Below, one piece after another: positions 1 through 9,317 of a DNA stretch of 64,000 nucleotides. The notes under the pieces are model-generated. The model saw only the letters and a list, made by a program, of their open reading frames with translations. It was not told where the DNA came from and did not search any database. Source of the stretch: Vicinamibacteria bacterium (GTDB taxonomy: Bacteria > Acidobacteriota > Vicinamibacteria > Marinacidobacterales > Marinacidobacteraceae); contig OZ219816.1 of the NCBI GenBank assembly GCA_964291235.2, positions 1 to 64,000 on the forward strand. Direction: 5' to 3'. The translations under genes were made by a program, and so were the position numbers. Position 1 is the stretch's first letter. Each line of letters starts with the position of its first letter.

Positions 1-342
1 CCCCGCGGCGGTTGCCCGCTACGGGGTGACGGTCATGCATCTAGCCCGGCGGTTGCCCGACGGGTCAAGCGACCTACCCGGAAGCTCGGACAGGCTGCCC
101 TCGGGCGCTTCCCTATTTGGTCTTGCTCCATGCGGGGTTTACCGTGCCCTGAACATCGCTGTCCAGGCGGTGCGCTCTTACCGCACCTTTTCACCCTTGC
201 CGCTCCCCGAAGGGAGAGGCGGTCTGTTTTCTGTGGCACTTTCCTTCCGGTCACCCGGACTGGGGGTTACCCAGCGCACTGCCTTGCGGAGTTCGGACTT
301 TCCTCCCGCTCCCGAAGAAGCCGGCGACCGTCTGAACGACTC
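1..342 (-). ncRNA. rnpB: RNase P RNA (class A), 3' end cut off by the window edge
   Basis: Minus strand reads GAGTCGTTCAGACGGTCGCC...GAGGAAAGTCCGAACTCC...GGAAAGTGCCACAGAAAA...GGTGAAAAGGTGCGGTAAGAGCGCACC...GGTAAACCCCGCATGGAGCAAGACCAAATAG, which are the hallmark conserved RNase P segments. A TAGAAT -10 lies at 360-355. Confidence 0.96.
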
Positions 343-357
343 GAACCGCCCGGCATT

Positions 358-1669
358 CTACCGGCCCGGCACCCTCTCCATGGTCAGGCTCGGGGCCAGT
401 TCCTCAAGCTGGTCCCGAAGCTGCCGGCCGAGTTCTCCCGCTTGCCCGGACCGCAGCGCTCACGACACGTGCTCCCGCACGTCGGCTTCCCCGATCTCGT
501 CTCCCGGACTCAGAATCAGGAGGCGTTCCACCAGGTTCCGGAGTTCGCGCACGTTGCCCGGGAACGGCTGCCGGGCCAGCAGCTCGAGGGCGCCGCCCGT
601 GAACGGACGGGGCCGCTGCCGCCCCCCGCAAGTTGTTTCACGAAGTGGTCGACAAGCAGCGGGATGTCTTCGGGACGATCCCGGAGGGGAGGCATCTGGA
701 TGGGAATCACGTTCAGCCGGTGGAGGAGGTCGCTGCGGAAACTCTCTTTCTCAAGGTCCTGATTCGTTGCGGACAGGACCCGGACGTCCACCTCGACCGA
801 CCTGGAACCTCCCACCCGCGTGATCCGGCTTTCCTCAAGGGCCCTGAGCACCTTGGCCTGGGTGCGCGCGCTCATGTCCCCGACCTCGTCGAGGAAGAGC
901 GTGCCGGCATCGGCCTGTTCGAACTTCCCCCACCATCTGCCGGTGAGCCCCCGTGTAGGACCCGCGCTCCCGCGCCGAAGAGCTCGCTCTCGATGAGTTC
1001 CTCGGGAATCGCCGCACAATTCAACTCGACGAAGGGGCCGGAGGCGCGGGGACTGGCCTGATGGATCAGGCCGTGCCGCCACCTCCTTGCCGGTACCCGA
1101 TTCGCCGGTGATGAGGACCCGAACATCGCTCGGCGCCACCCGATCGATGCGTTCCCGAACGGCAGCCAGGGTCGGCGATTCGCCCACCAACTGCCGGCTC
1201 CCTCCCTCCCGGCTGCGGTGCGACGCCCACCTCGGCGGCGAGGCGGCTGTTTTCGTTCTCGAGCCGTTTTCGTTCCAGCGTCCTGGTCTTGTCGATCGCC
1301 ATGCGCAGACAGGCGCCGATGTCCCCCTCCCCCGCCTTTCTCGAGAAAGTGTGCAGCCCCCTCCTGAATCGCGCGCACCGCGGTTTCGATGTCTCCGTGG
1401 CCGGTGTGCATGACCACGGCCACCGACGGCTTCTGGGCGCGGATGCGCTTCAGAACCTCCATCCCATCCATGCCGGGCATCTTGATGTCGAGGACCACCA
1501 GGTCGCACGGTTCCCGCTCGAGTGCCGCCAAGGCGTCCGGCCCCGACGCGGCTTCGAACACGGTCCAGCCCTCGTAACGCAGCCGGCGGCGGAGAGACCG
1601 CCGGATTACCGCTTCGTCGTCAACGATGAGGACGGCGATGTCCTCATCGCCGGAGGCAGGAAGTGGCAT
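358..1669 (-). CDS. NtrC/NtrX-like response regulator (receiver + sigma54-type AAA+), split by several frameshifts
   Basis: Receiver (VLIVDDE...[10 protein letters not shown]), Walker [49 protein letters not shown] and [14 protein letters not shown] are spread across ORFs 872-1669, 835-1017 and 516-1508. Confidence 0.85.
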
Positions 1670-1675
1670 AGGAGT

Positions 1676-2193
1676 TCATGCTAACCCCGCCCCCGGCGCG
1701 CAACCGGTCGAACCGCAGCCGGAGCGCGGCCGCCGATCCGGCACCGTCAACCCGCTGCATCCGGAACAGCGCGGAGTCCAACAGCTTGCGGCTTCCTCGA
1801 AGTCCCCCCGAGTTCCTTGTGGAGGGCCGCCGCGGCGAGCTGGATGAACGCCCGGAGTACCTCGCGCTCGGGAGTCTCGCCAGCCCCGCCCCGGGGCGCC
1901 GCCCGCCACAGCTCTTCCCATACCGCGTGGGCCTCCCACCAGTAGCCGGCGCGGAACAGCTCTTCGCCGTGGCGAAACAGCCGGGGCGTCCGGCAGCGCG
2001 GGCAGTGGCACCGCCACCGCCGGAAGCAGGCCGGCCGGCAGATGTTCGAGAAAACGGTGCCCGCGAGGATCGCGCTCGGGATGCGGTGTACGTCCGGGCC
2101 GGTGCCGATAGGGCGGAAAGGGGATCCCCGGAGAGGGGTGTGAGCAGCCGGTTCCGGAACCCCGGCCCCCGGAGTTCACGCGGGTTTGGCCAC
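1676..2193 (-). CDS. DUF309-like protein, frameshifted
   Basis: PFPPYRHRPGRTPHP, and in another frame FRHGEELFRAGYWWEAHAVWEELW, typical of DUF309. Ends are approximate. Confidence 0.65.
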
Positions 2194-2199
2194 CGGCTG

Positions 2200-3215
2200 T
2201 TAGCGGTCGCGCCAGATCACGAACTCGGCCAGCGCTTCCAGTCCATCCCGGTAGGACGACGGCGGAACTGGCGCCAGGGCCTCCCGGGCGGCGGCGGCAA
2301 AGCTCTCCGCAACCCCCCCGCGCCTCGTCGAGTCCGCCCTGCCGGTCCACGAGCGCGAGGATTTGCTCCTGCTGGTCGGCGGTGAGACAGCCGCTATCGA
2401 GCACCTCCTCGACGAGCGGCACAGCCTGTGGTTCGCGGGCGAGGGCATGAAGGATCGGGAGGGTGAGATGCCCTTCCTTCAGGTCGCTCAGCACCGGCTT
2501 GCCCACCATCGCGGCGCTCGCCGTGAAGTCGAACAGGTCATCGGCCACCTGAAACGCCATCCCGAGGTTCATGCAGTATTCGCCGAGCGCGCTCTCGACC
2601 TCGGCCGGCGCGTCCACCATCATGGCCCCCCATCTTCCCGCAGCCGTGGAAGAGATACGCCGTCTTGAGCCGCAGGATCCGCAGGTGCTCGTCGCGGGTC
2701 AGGCCGAGAGTGCCCCCGCGCGCCTTTTCGAGGAGCATTCCCTCGATCATGCGCATGGTGAGATCGCACATCGTCGCCACGATCCGGGAGTTGCCCTGCT
2801 CCACCGCGAGCGCCATGGACTGTATGTAGAGGAAAATCACCGATAAGGACCGTGATGTCGTTGCCGAGCAGGCTGTTCAGCGACTCCTGCCCGCGTCGAG
2901 TGTCCGCTTTCGTCAACGATGTCGTCGTGGACGAGCGTCGCGGTGTGCATGATCTCGACCATCGCGCCGTAGTAAGGGCCCCGGGCGGCGACTTGCCGGT
3001 TTCCGGCACCGCCGGCGGCGCGGGCTGCGATCAACAGCAGCATCGGGCGAAGTCGTTTGCCGCCGCTCCGGTAGAGGTATTGGCCGGTCAGCTTGAACGA
3101 GTTCGAGGTCGCTTTCCACCCGCTCGGCCAGGATGCTCTCGACTTTGGCCAGGTCCGGAGCCAGGTCAGCCTCCAACTCGGAGAGCAGGCTCCCGGGGCT
3201 CGAAACAGACAGCAT
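2200..3215 (-). CDS. Polyprenyl diphosphate synthase (IspB/HepT-like), frameshifted
   Basis: FARM HTATLVHDDIVD, TRRG, LKTAYLF, SARM FQVADDLFD and GKPVLSDLKEG across several ORF fragments. Confidence 0.88.
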
Positions 3216-3237
3216 TACCGGATTTCCCGCGATTATC

Positions 3238-4098
3238 TCATGCCGGAGGCGCTGGTTTCCCGGCTGGCGATTCGCCGTCCGCCACCGTTGCCTCGAAGAA
3301 AAAGCGCCGGAAGTTAGCGTCGGTAACCGCTTCGATTTCCTCCAGGTCGGCGGAGCGCGCGGCGGCGAGGGCGCGGGCGGTCTCCGTGACCATGGCGGGT
3401 TCGGCGCGGCGACCCCGGTGCGGCACCGGCGCCAGGTAGGGACTGTCGGTCTCGACCAGGAGGTGATCCACAGGGACGAGCGCGGCCGTTCGGCGCAGGT
3501 CTTCCGCGTTCTTGAACGTTCAGGATTCCGGAAAACGAAAGGAGGAAGCCCCGCTCCCACGCTGCCCGAGCCAGGCGCTCGCTCGCCGTGAAGCAGTGGA
3601 GGATGGCCCCGCACTCGGCAAGTTCCTCCTCATCGGCGATCTGCAGGAAGTCGTCCTCGGCGTCGCGGTGATGAACGACTACGGGTAGTCCCAGTTCGCG
3701 GGCGACCCGAATCTGGCGCCGGAACACGTCACGCTGCTGGGGACGGGGGACTGAGGTCGTAGTGGTAGTCGAGCCCCACTTCGCCGATGGCCAGCAGCCG
3801 CGGCCGCCGCGCCAGTTCCGCGAGCCGCTCCTCGCCACCAAGCTCACCAAACAACCGGGCGTCGTGGGGATGGCAGCCCAGCGTCGTGAAGAGCTGGGGG
3901 CTTTTCGGCGGCGGAGTGATCCTCGCCAGCCGGGTGCAGCTCGTCCACCAGCGAGAAGGTCTTCGCCCAGGACGCTTCCTCGTCCAGCATTCCGATCGAG
4001 ACGACGGTCGAAACGCCCTCCCGGGCCGCGCGCTCCAATACCGCCGCCCGGTCGGGGTCGAATGCCGGCTGATCGAGATGCGCGTGCGAGTCGGTCAT
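3238..4098 (-). CDS. tatD: TatD family hydrolase, frameshifted
   Basis: MTDSHAHLD, HPHDA, LPVVVHHRDA, AILHCFT and LLVETDSPYLAPVPHRGRRAEPA motifs. Confidence 0.9.
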
Positions 4099-5313
4099 CG
4101 CGAACCGTCCGGGGGAGAGGAGCAGGACGAATCCGGAGCGTCCGCGAGCGCGGGGAGCGCCGCCGCCAGGGCCTCCCGGTACACCTCCTTGAGCGGGAAC
4201 CCCGGCACTCTCGGCCAGCCGGCGGCAGTCCTCGAACTCCGGGGGCGCGGTTGACCACGGCTCCGTCCACAAGGCCGAGTTTGACTCCGACCGGTCCCCA
4301 CGGGGTCCGGACCCGCAGCACGCGTCGCTCCAGAGTCTCCCGTTCCGCCTCGGTGATGCGGACCCCGAGCGTCGTGCTCTCCCGGAACAGGGTTCCTACC
4401 ACCGCGTCACGCTTTTCGGGGTCGGCGAGCGCGGTCAGCGCCAAGCCAGCGCGTCCCTTCTTCATCTGCACCGGCGCGAAGAAGGCATCGCGGGCGCCCG
4501 CGGCCAGGAGTCGTTCCAGTAGATGCGGCGCGATTTCGGGCGGCAAGTCATCCAGCGTCGCTTCCACCACGATGACCGCGTTTCCGGCGCGGTCGGGCGC
4601 CAGGCCCCACACCACGCGAAGCGCGTTGGGGACGGCCCTCTTCAGGATCGGCGGTCCCGAGGCCGTACCCGATCCGCTCGGGGGTGAATCCGGGGCCAAC
4701 CGCCGAACGAATCGGCAAGGCCGGTCAACACCGCACCGGTGGGAGTGGTGCGTTCGAAACCGGAGCCGTCGGAGAACGTCGGCACTCCCCGCAGGAGCAG
4801 GGCGGTGGCGGGGTGCCGGAATCTCCAGGGTTCCGTGTTCGGCCTCGACCGAACCGCTTCCCACGTTCACTGGGGAAGCGGCAACCGTGTCCGGGGCGAG
4901 GTGAGCCACCCCGGCCACCGCTCCCACGATATCCACCAGCGTATCGAGAGAACCGAGTTCGTGGAGATGCACCGATTCCGCGGACATGCCGTGGATCTGC
5001 CCCTCCGCCGCGAAGATGCGCCTGAGAAGCTCGGCAGTCCGCGCCTGAGATCGCATCCGGAAGGTCGCTCCGCTCCAGAACCGCGAGGAAATCCCGGAGA
5101 TGGCGGTGTCCCCGGTCGTCCGGAGCTTCGACATGGGCTTTGATTCCCCGAAGCCCGCCGCGGGCGGACTCTTCGAACGACAGCGAGACCGGAGAACGCA
5201 GGGCGGCCACCGGTTTCCCGCAAGACTTCGCGGGGGACCCCGACGTCCACCAGGGCGCCGAGCAGCATGTCCCCGGAAACACCGGCCGAGAGGTCGAAGT
5301 AGAGAAGGCGCAA
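4095..5313 (-). CDS. larC: Nickel pincer cofactor biosynthesis protein LarC, frameshifted
   Basis: LYFDLSAGVSGDMLLGALVDVG, AEGQIHG..VHLHELGSLDTLVDIVG, PVQMKKGRAG and FRESTTLGVR, PEFEDC. Confidence 0.9.
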
Positions 5314-5454
5314 GAGAACGGCGGATTCTAGAAGGGCGCCGCCTCGCGGGCGTCGGCGGGGCCCGCGGCATCCCGGCTCCCAGGCGGTACCCTTGGGGGT
5401 CCACTTGCCGGGCGTCCGGAACGCGGAGCGGACGCGCCGGAGGATGATTCGCTC

Positions 5455-5968
5455 ATGAGTACGATCGTTCCCACGCGGCCGAGCCCGGCCACGATGCGCG
5501 AACAGGCGTTCCGGCGGCTCGAGGAGTTCACCCGGGAACGAGGCCTCAAGAAGTCGCGCCAACGGGAGCTCATCCTCGACCGTTTCCTGGCCATGGAGGG
5601 ACACGTCCTCGGCCGATGACCTGCACGGCGACGTCCGGGAAGCGGATGCGTCAATCGGCCGCACAACGGTGTACCGGGCCCTCCGCCTCTTCTGCGAGGC
5701 GCAGATTGCCAGCTCGATCGACCTGAAAGACGGGCTGACCCGGTTTGAGCCAGCGCTTTCCCGGGAGGCACCACGACCATCTCATCTGCGTGCGCTGCGG
5801 CCGGATCGACGAGGTTCCTGTCACCCGAGGTGGAAGCAGCGGCAGGAGGAAATCGCGGCGGAACACGGCTACCGCCTCGTGTGGCATCGGCACCAGCTCT
5901 ACGGCATCTGCCGTCACTGCGGTACTGAAGGGTTGAAGAGCTCGTTCAGAGTTCGCCGCCTTCGCTGA
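5455..5968 (+). CDS. Fur family transcriptional regulator, frameshifted
   Basis: SRQRELIL, IGRTTVYRALRLF, HHDHLICVRCG and HQLYGICRHC (two CxxC) in shifting frames. Confidence 0.85.
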
Positions 5969-6689
5969 AGCTGAACCAGCTTCCGGCGCCGATCACGAGG
6001 TGATCGAGAATCGGGATCCCCATGATGGCGCCGGCTTCCCGAAGCCGCCGGGTGAGTTGGCGGTCCGCTTCGGACGGCTCGGGATTCCCCGACGGGTGGT
6101 TGTGGAACAGGATCAGGGATGCCGCCTGGTACGCCGCCGCCAGCCGGAAAAGGTCTCGGGGATGGACCGGCGCCCCAGTGAGGGACCCGCGCGAGACGAT
6201 CTCCGCTCGCCGCAGGCAGCCTCGGCTGTCGAGGATCAGCACTCCGAACTCCTCGACCTCCCGGTTCCCGAAGCGCGCGATGAGGTACTTCGCCACCTCC
6301 GCCGGACCACGAAAGCAGGGTACGCGGCCGTCCGTGGGATAGCCGGCGCGGCGGCCCAGTTCGAGGGCAGCGACCAACCGGACAAGCCGCGCTCGCGAAA
6401 TCCCCGAGCGCACCGCCAGTTGTCCGGGCGGAGCCTGGCTGATGCACGCCACGGAGCCGAGGTCGTCGAGGAGACGGCCGGCCAGGTCGCCTCCTCCCGG
6501 ACCCAACACGAGACCCAGCAGTTCCCTGCTGGTCAGGGATCGCGCGCCCCGCTCCAGAAGCCGGTCCGCAGGGCCCTCCCCGGGGAGGCGCCGTCGCTTC
6601 GCGGGAACCCGACCCGAATAGCGGGGCGTGCGCCGCCGCAGGACGGCCGCCTCGCGGACTTTCCGGCGAGGAGGTGCGGGAAGCGTCAA
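5946..6689 (-). CDS. radC: RadC/JAB-domain protein (long form with HhH)
   Basis: GPADRLLERGARSLTSRELL, LVAALELGRR, EEFGVLILD, HNHPSGNPEPSEAD and ILDHLVIG. The likely TTG start overlaps the stop of the upstream GNAT. Confidence 0.9.
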   Translation of the reverse strand: MTLPAPPRRKVREAAVLRRRTPRYSGRVPAKRRRLPGEGPADRLLERGARSLTSRELLGLVLGPGGGDLAGRLLDDLGSVACISQAPPGQLAVRSGISRARLVRLVAALELGRRAGYPTDGRVPCFRGPAEVAKYLIARFGNREVEEFGVLILDSRGCLRRAEIVSRGSLTGAPVHPRDLFRLAAAYQAASLILFHNHPSGNPEPSEADRQLTRRLREAGAIMGIPILDHLVIGAGSWFSFSEGGEL

Positions 6690-7264
6690 GACCCGGGGGC
6701 GGAGCGCCGCCGGAAGGCGACCGCGGTCGAGCAGACGCCATCCATCCAACGCGCGTACGGGGACAGGTCCTCTGCCGGCTCGAAGCCGGCGCGGAGGAGG
6801 ACGCGCCCGGAAGCGACGTTGTCGGGCACCACGAGGCCGAACATCTCCGAACCCCGGAAGCGGGAATCGACAAAGCGGATGGCGCTCCGTACCGCCTCGG
6901 TCGCGTACCCGAGTCCCCAGACCGGACGGGCCAGGCAATATCCGATCTCTACCCGGCCCGGTTCGCGCTCGTGGATGCCGAGCCCGCCCCGCACCCGCAT
7001 GCTCTGCCGCTCGACCACTGCGAGGTCGAACTGCGTGGCCCCGGGTTCACGAGCGGCTTCCATTGCCCGCCGGAGAAAACCAAGGGTCTCGGACGGGGTG
7101 TTCGGCCCCCAGCGGAGGTGACGAGTCACCTCGGGATCACCCGCGTACTCCTGGACATCGGAGAAATCCGACTCGCGAAAGGGCCGCAGGATGAGCCGCG
7201 GACTGCGGATGGGAAGGCCGGCGGGATCCCGAGGGTACGCGCGTTCCGGGCCCGCGGCCTTCAC
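6686..7264 (-). CDS. GNAT N-acetyltransferase (RimJ/RimL type)
   Basis: RLILRPF, EIGYCLARPVWGLGYATEA and NVASGRVL..AGF. Confidence 0.9.
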   Translation of the reverse strand: MKAAGPERAYPRDPAGLPIRSPRLILRPFRESDFSDVQEYAGDPEVTRHLRWGPNTPSETLGFLRRAMEAAREPGATQFDLAVVERQSMRVRGGLGIHEREPGRVEIGYCLARPVWGLGYATEAVRSAIRFVDSRFRGSEMFGLVVPDNVASGRVLLRAGFEPAEDLSPYARWMDGVCSTAVAFRRRSAPGS

Positions 7265-7334
7265 AGGGCCGGGCCGGGCCGTAGCGCCACGGACCCTCGG
7301 AGCGGTGCGCTCATGCGTCTCGGAGCGGTAGCGG

Positions 7335-7784
7335 TCAGCCGGAGGACTCCGCGACCTGCTTCAGATCTTCAAGGTCCTGGTCGAGAGCCTTCTTCACACT
7401 CTTCATCATCACGGCGCTCAGGAAGGAAAACACGCGCGCCAAAAGCCCGATCGGGCGGCCCGCGAAGACCATCGTCACGCGCGTCCCGCCATCCTCGGGC
7501 TGGAAGGTCAGCTCCGTCCGGTAATGGGACCCGTGGGATTCGGCCTCGACCACGTACGACCGGGGCGGATCGAAACCCGTGACCCACATCTCCTCGGTGG
7601 CCTGCTTGCCATAGAGCGTCCGGGTCTCCCGCCAGCGGGTTCCCTCACCGAAAGGGCCCTCGGTCAGCACCTCGGCACTGTCGATCCCGGACATCGTCTC
7701 GGCGATCCTGCCGAGGTCGGTGGCGATCTCGAACACGCGGCCGGGCGGCGCCGCGATGGTCTTTTGGACCTCCACACTCGGCAT
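7335..7784 (-). CDS. SRPBCC (START/polyketide cyclase-like) family protein
   Basis: IAAPPGRVFEIATD..., GEGTRWRETR and a C-terminal helix DLEDLK; 149 aa. Confidence 0.85.
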   Translation of the reverse strand: MPSVEVQKTIAAPPGRVFEIATDLGRIAETMSGIDSAEVLTEGPFGEGTRWRETRTLYGKQATEEMWVTGFDPPRSYVVEAESHGSHYRTELTFQPEDGGTRVTMVFAGRPIGLLARVFSFLSAVMMKSVKKALDQDLEDLKQVAESSG

Positions 7785-7879
7785 GGGTGCGGCAGTCTAG
7801 CGGCGGGAGCGAGGGCTTTCAGGCAATATCGCGGCGGCAGCCCCCATCGCGCCCGGAAATTCGGGCCGGCCCGGCACGG

Positions 7880-9280
7880 TCAGTCGGAAACGCGCGGATA
7901 GCGGGTCGTCGCTCCGCCGCCGGTCACGCTCAGCGCGGGCGCACCCGCGCCGTCAGGCCCCGGCTCGCAAACTACCGTGGTGAAGGGGTCCTCCTCGGGA
8001 TGGAACACTCCGTCTCCCACCGGAACCAGCCGCTCGCCGAAGCCGAAGAGCTCCCCGTCCTCAAGCCGGAGGGTCACCGGCGACCGGCCCGGGTCGTAGG
8101 TTCCGGCGCAGCGCCGCAGTTCCGACTCGGGAACCTCGACCTCCGTCACCTCCGGCTGGTCCATGCCCAGCACCGCCCGGGCGATCCGGTTCTCCAGCAG
8201 GCCGGGCCTTCCGGAGCCGGAGTTGATGAGGACCGCAATCCCGAGGCTCGCGTCGGGGTAGAGGGCGAGTTGGGCCCGAAAACCGTTGATGCCCCCACCG
8301 TGGGAAATCTTGGCCAGGCCGTGCTGCTCCGAAAGCCCGAGGCCGTAGCCATAGCGGACCGGATCCTCGTTCACCAGCCTGCCCCGGGCCGTCATCCGCT
8401 CATACCCCGCCGCGCTCACCACCTCGCCGGCCGCCAGCGCCCGCTGCCAGGCGAGGAGATCCACGACGCTCGCTCCGAGCGAGCCCGCCGCGTACGGCAG
8501 CTCCATGCTCAAGGGCTCGTCATTCACGAAGCCACCGTCGTCTCCAACTTCGTAGCCTTCCGCCCGGCCGCCTACCAGCGGACCGTTCCTGAGATAGTGG
8601 GTCCGCTCCAGGCCCAGCGGCCCGAACAGGCGCGTTTCCAGGAACTCCGTGTAGCTCGTTCCCGAGAGGCGTTCGATGATGACCCCCAACAGGTAGTAGC
8701 CGGAGTTGCTGTACTGGTACTTGTCCCCGGGCTCGAACTCGAAGGGCGGAGCGGAAAACAGCTCCAGCATCGCCGCGTGACCGAGGTCCAGGCGGGACCG
8801 CTCCCAGAATTCGGGCATCTCGGTATAGCCCTTGATCCCCGAGGTGTGGTTGAGGAGCCGCTCGACCGGCACCTCGAAGCCCTGGGTGTCGTAGTCAGGC
8901 AGGTACTCGCGCAGGTCGGCGGCGAGATCCAGTTCGCCCTCCTCGACGAGCAGCATCGCGGCGGCCGCGGTGAACTGCTTGGTGACCGAGCCGATCCGGT
9001 ACACGGTGTCCGCCGTCGCCGCCACTTCGTTCTCGAGGTCCGCGTAGCCGAAACCTCCGGCGAAGACGACTTCGCCATCCCGCTGCACGCCCACCGAGAT
9101 CCCGGGAGCCGGATGGTTCCGGAGGGCGTCCTGAGCGAGGGCGGAGATCTCGCCGGCGAGTTCGCCGGTCGCCTCTCCGTAGTGCGCAGGAGCATTCGGG
9201 GACTCCGGAGGAGCCCCGCATCCGGACCACGCCAAGGCGGCCAGCAGAACCAGGAGGAAGCGAGGCAGGTTTTGCAACAT
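7880..9280 (-). CDS. Serine hydrolase, beta-lactamase class C-like, exported (probable lipoprotein)
   Basis: SxxK (GSVTKQF), LLNHTSG, YSNSGY and HGGGING. The N-terminal hydrophobic signal ends in ..WSGC. Confidence 0.9.
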   Translation of the reverse strand: MLQNLPRFLLVLLAALAWSGCGAPPESPNAPAHYGEATGELAGEISALAQDALRNHPAPGISVGVQRDGEVVFAGGFGYADLENEVAATADTVYRIGSVTKQFTAAAAMLLVEEGELDLAADLREYLPDYDTQGFEVPVERLLNHTSGIKGYTEMPEFWERSRLDLGHAAMLELFSAPPFEFEPGDKYQYSNSGYYLLGVIIERLSGTSYTEFLETRLFGPLGLERTHYLRNGPLVGGRAEGYEVGDDGGFVNDEPLSMELPYAAGSLGASVVDLLAWQRALAAGEVVSAAGYERMTARGRLVNEDPVRYGYGLGLSEQHGLAKISHGGGINGFRAQLALYPDASLGIAVLINSGSGRPGLLENRIARAVLGMDQPEVTEVEVPESELRRCAGTYDPGRSPVTLRLEDGELFGFGERLVPVGDGVFHPEEDPFTTVVCEPGPDGAGAPALSVTGGGATTRYPRVSD

Positions 9281-9317
9281 GGCCCCGATCATAGGGAAAC
9301 AGAGACTTCCCGGTTGC

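Noticed and set aside
26-823. ORFs overlapping 1-342
   Set aside because: They are translations of the RNase P RNA gene and antisense of the response regulator.
358-5968. Programmed frameshifting or selenocysteine readthrough explaining the broken ORFs
   Set aside because: Breaks are multiple scattered indels, not in-frame TGA codons, and no convincing in-frame UGA plus SECIS was seen in the window.
5946-6689. radC as a marker of a mobile element or anti-defence locus
   Set aside because: Long housekeeping form in a core-gene context with no mobility genes.
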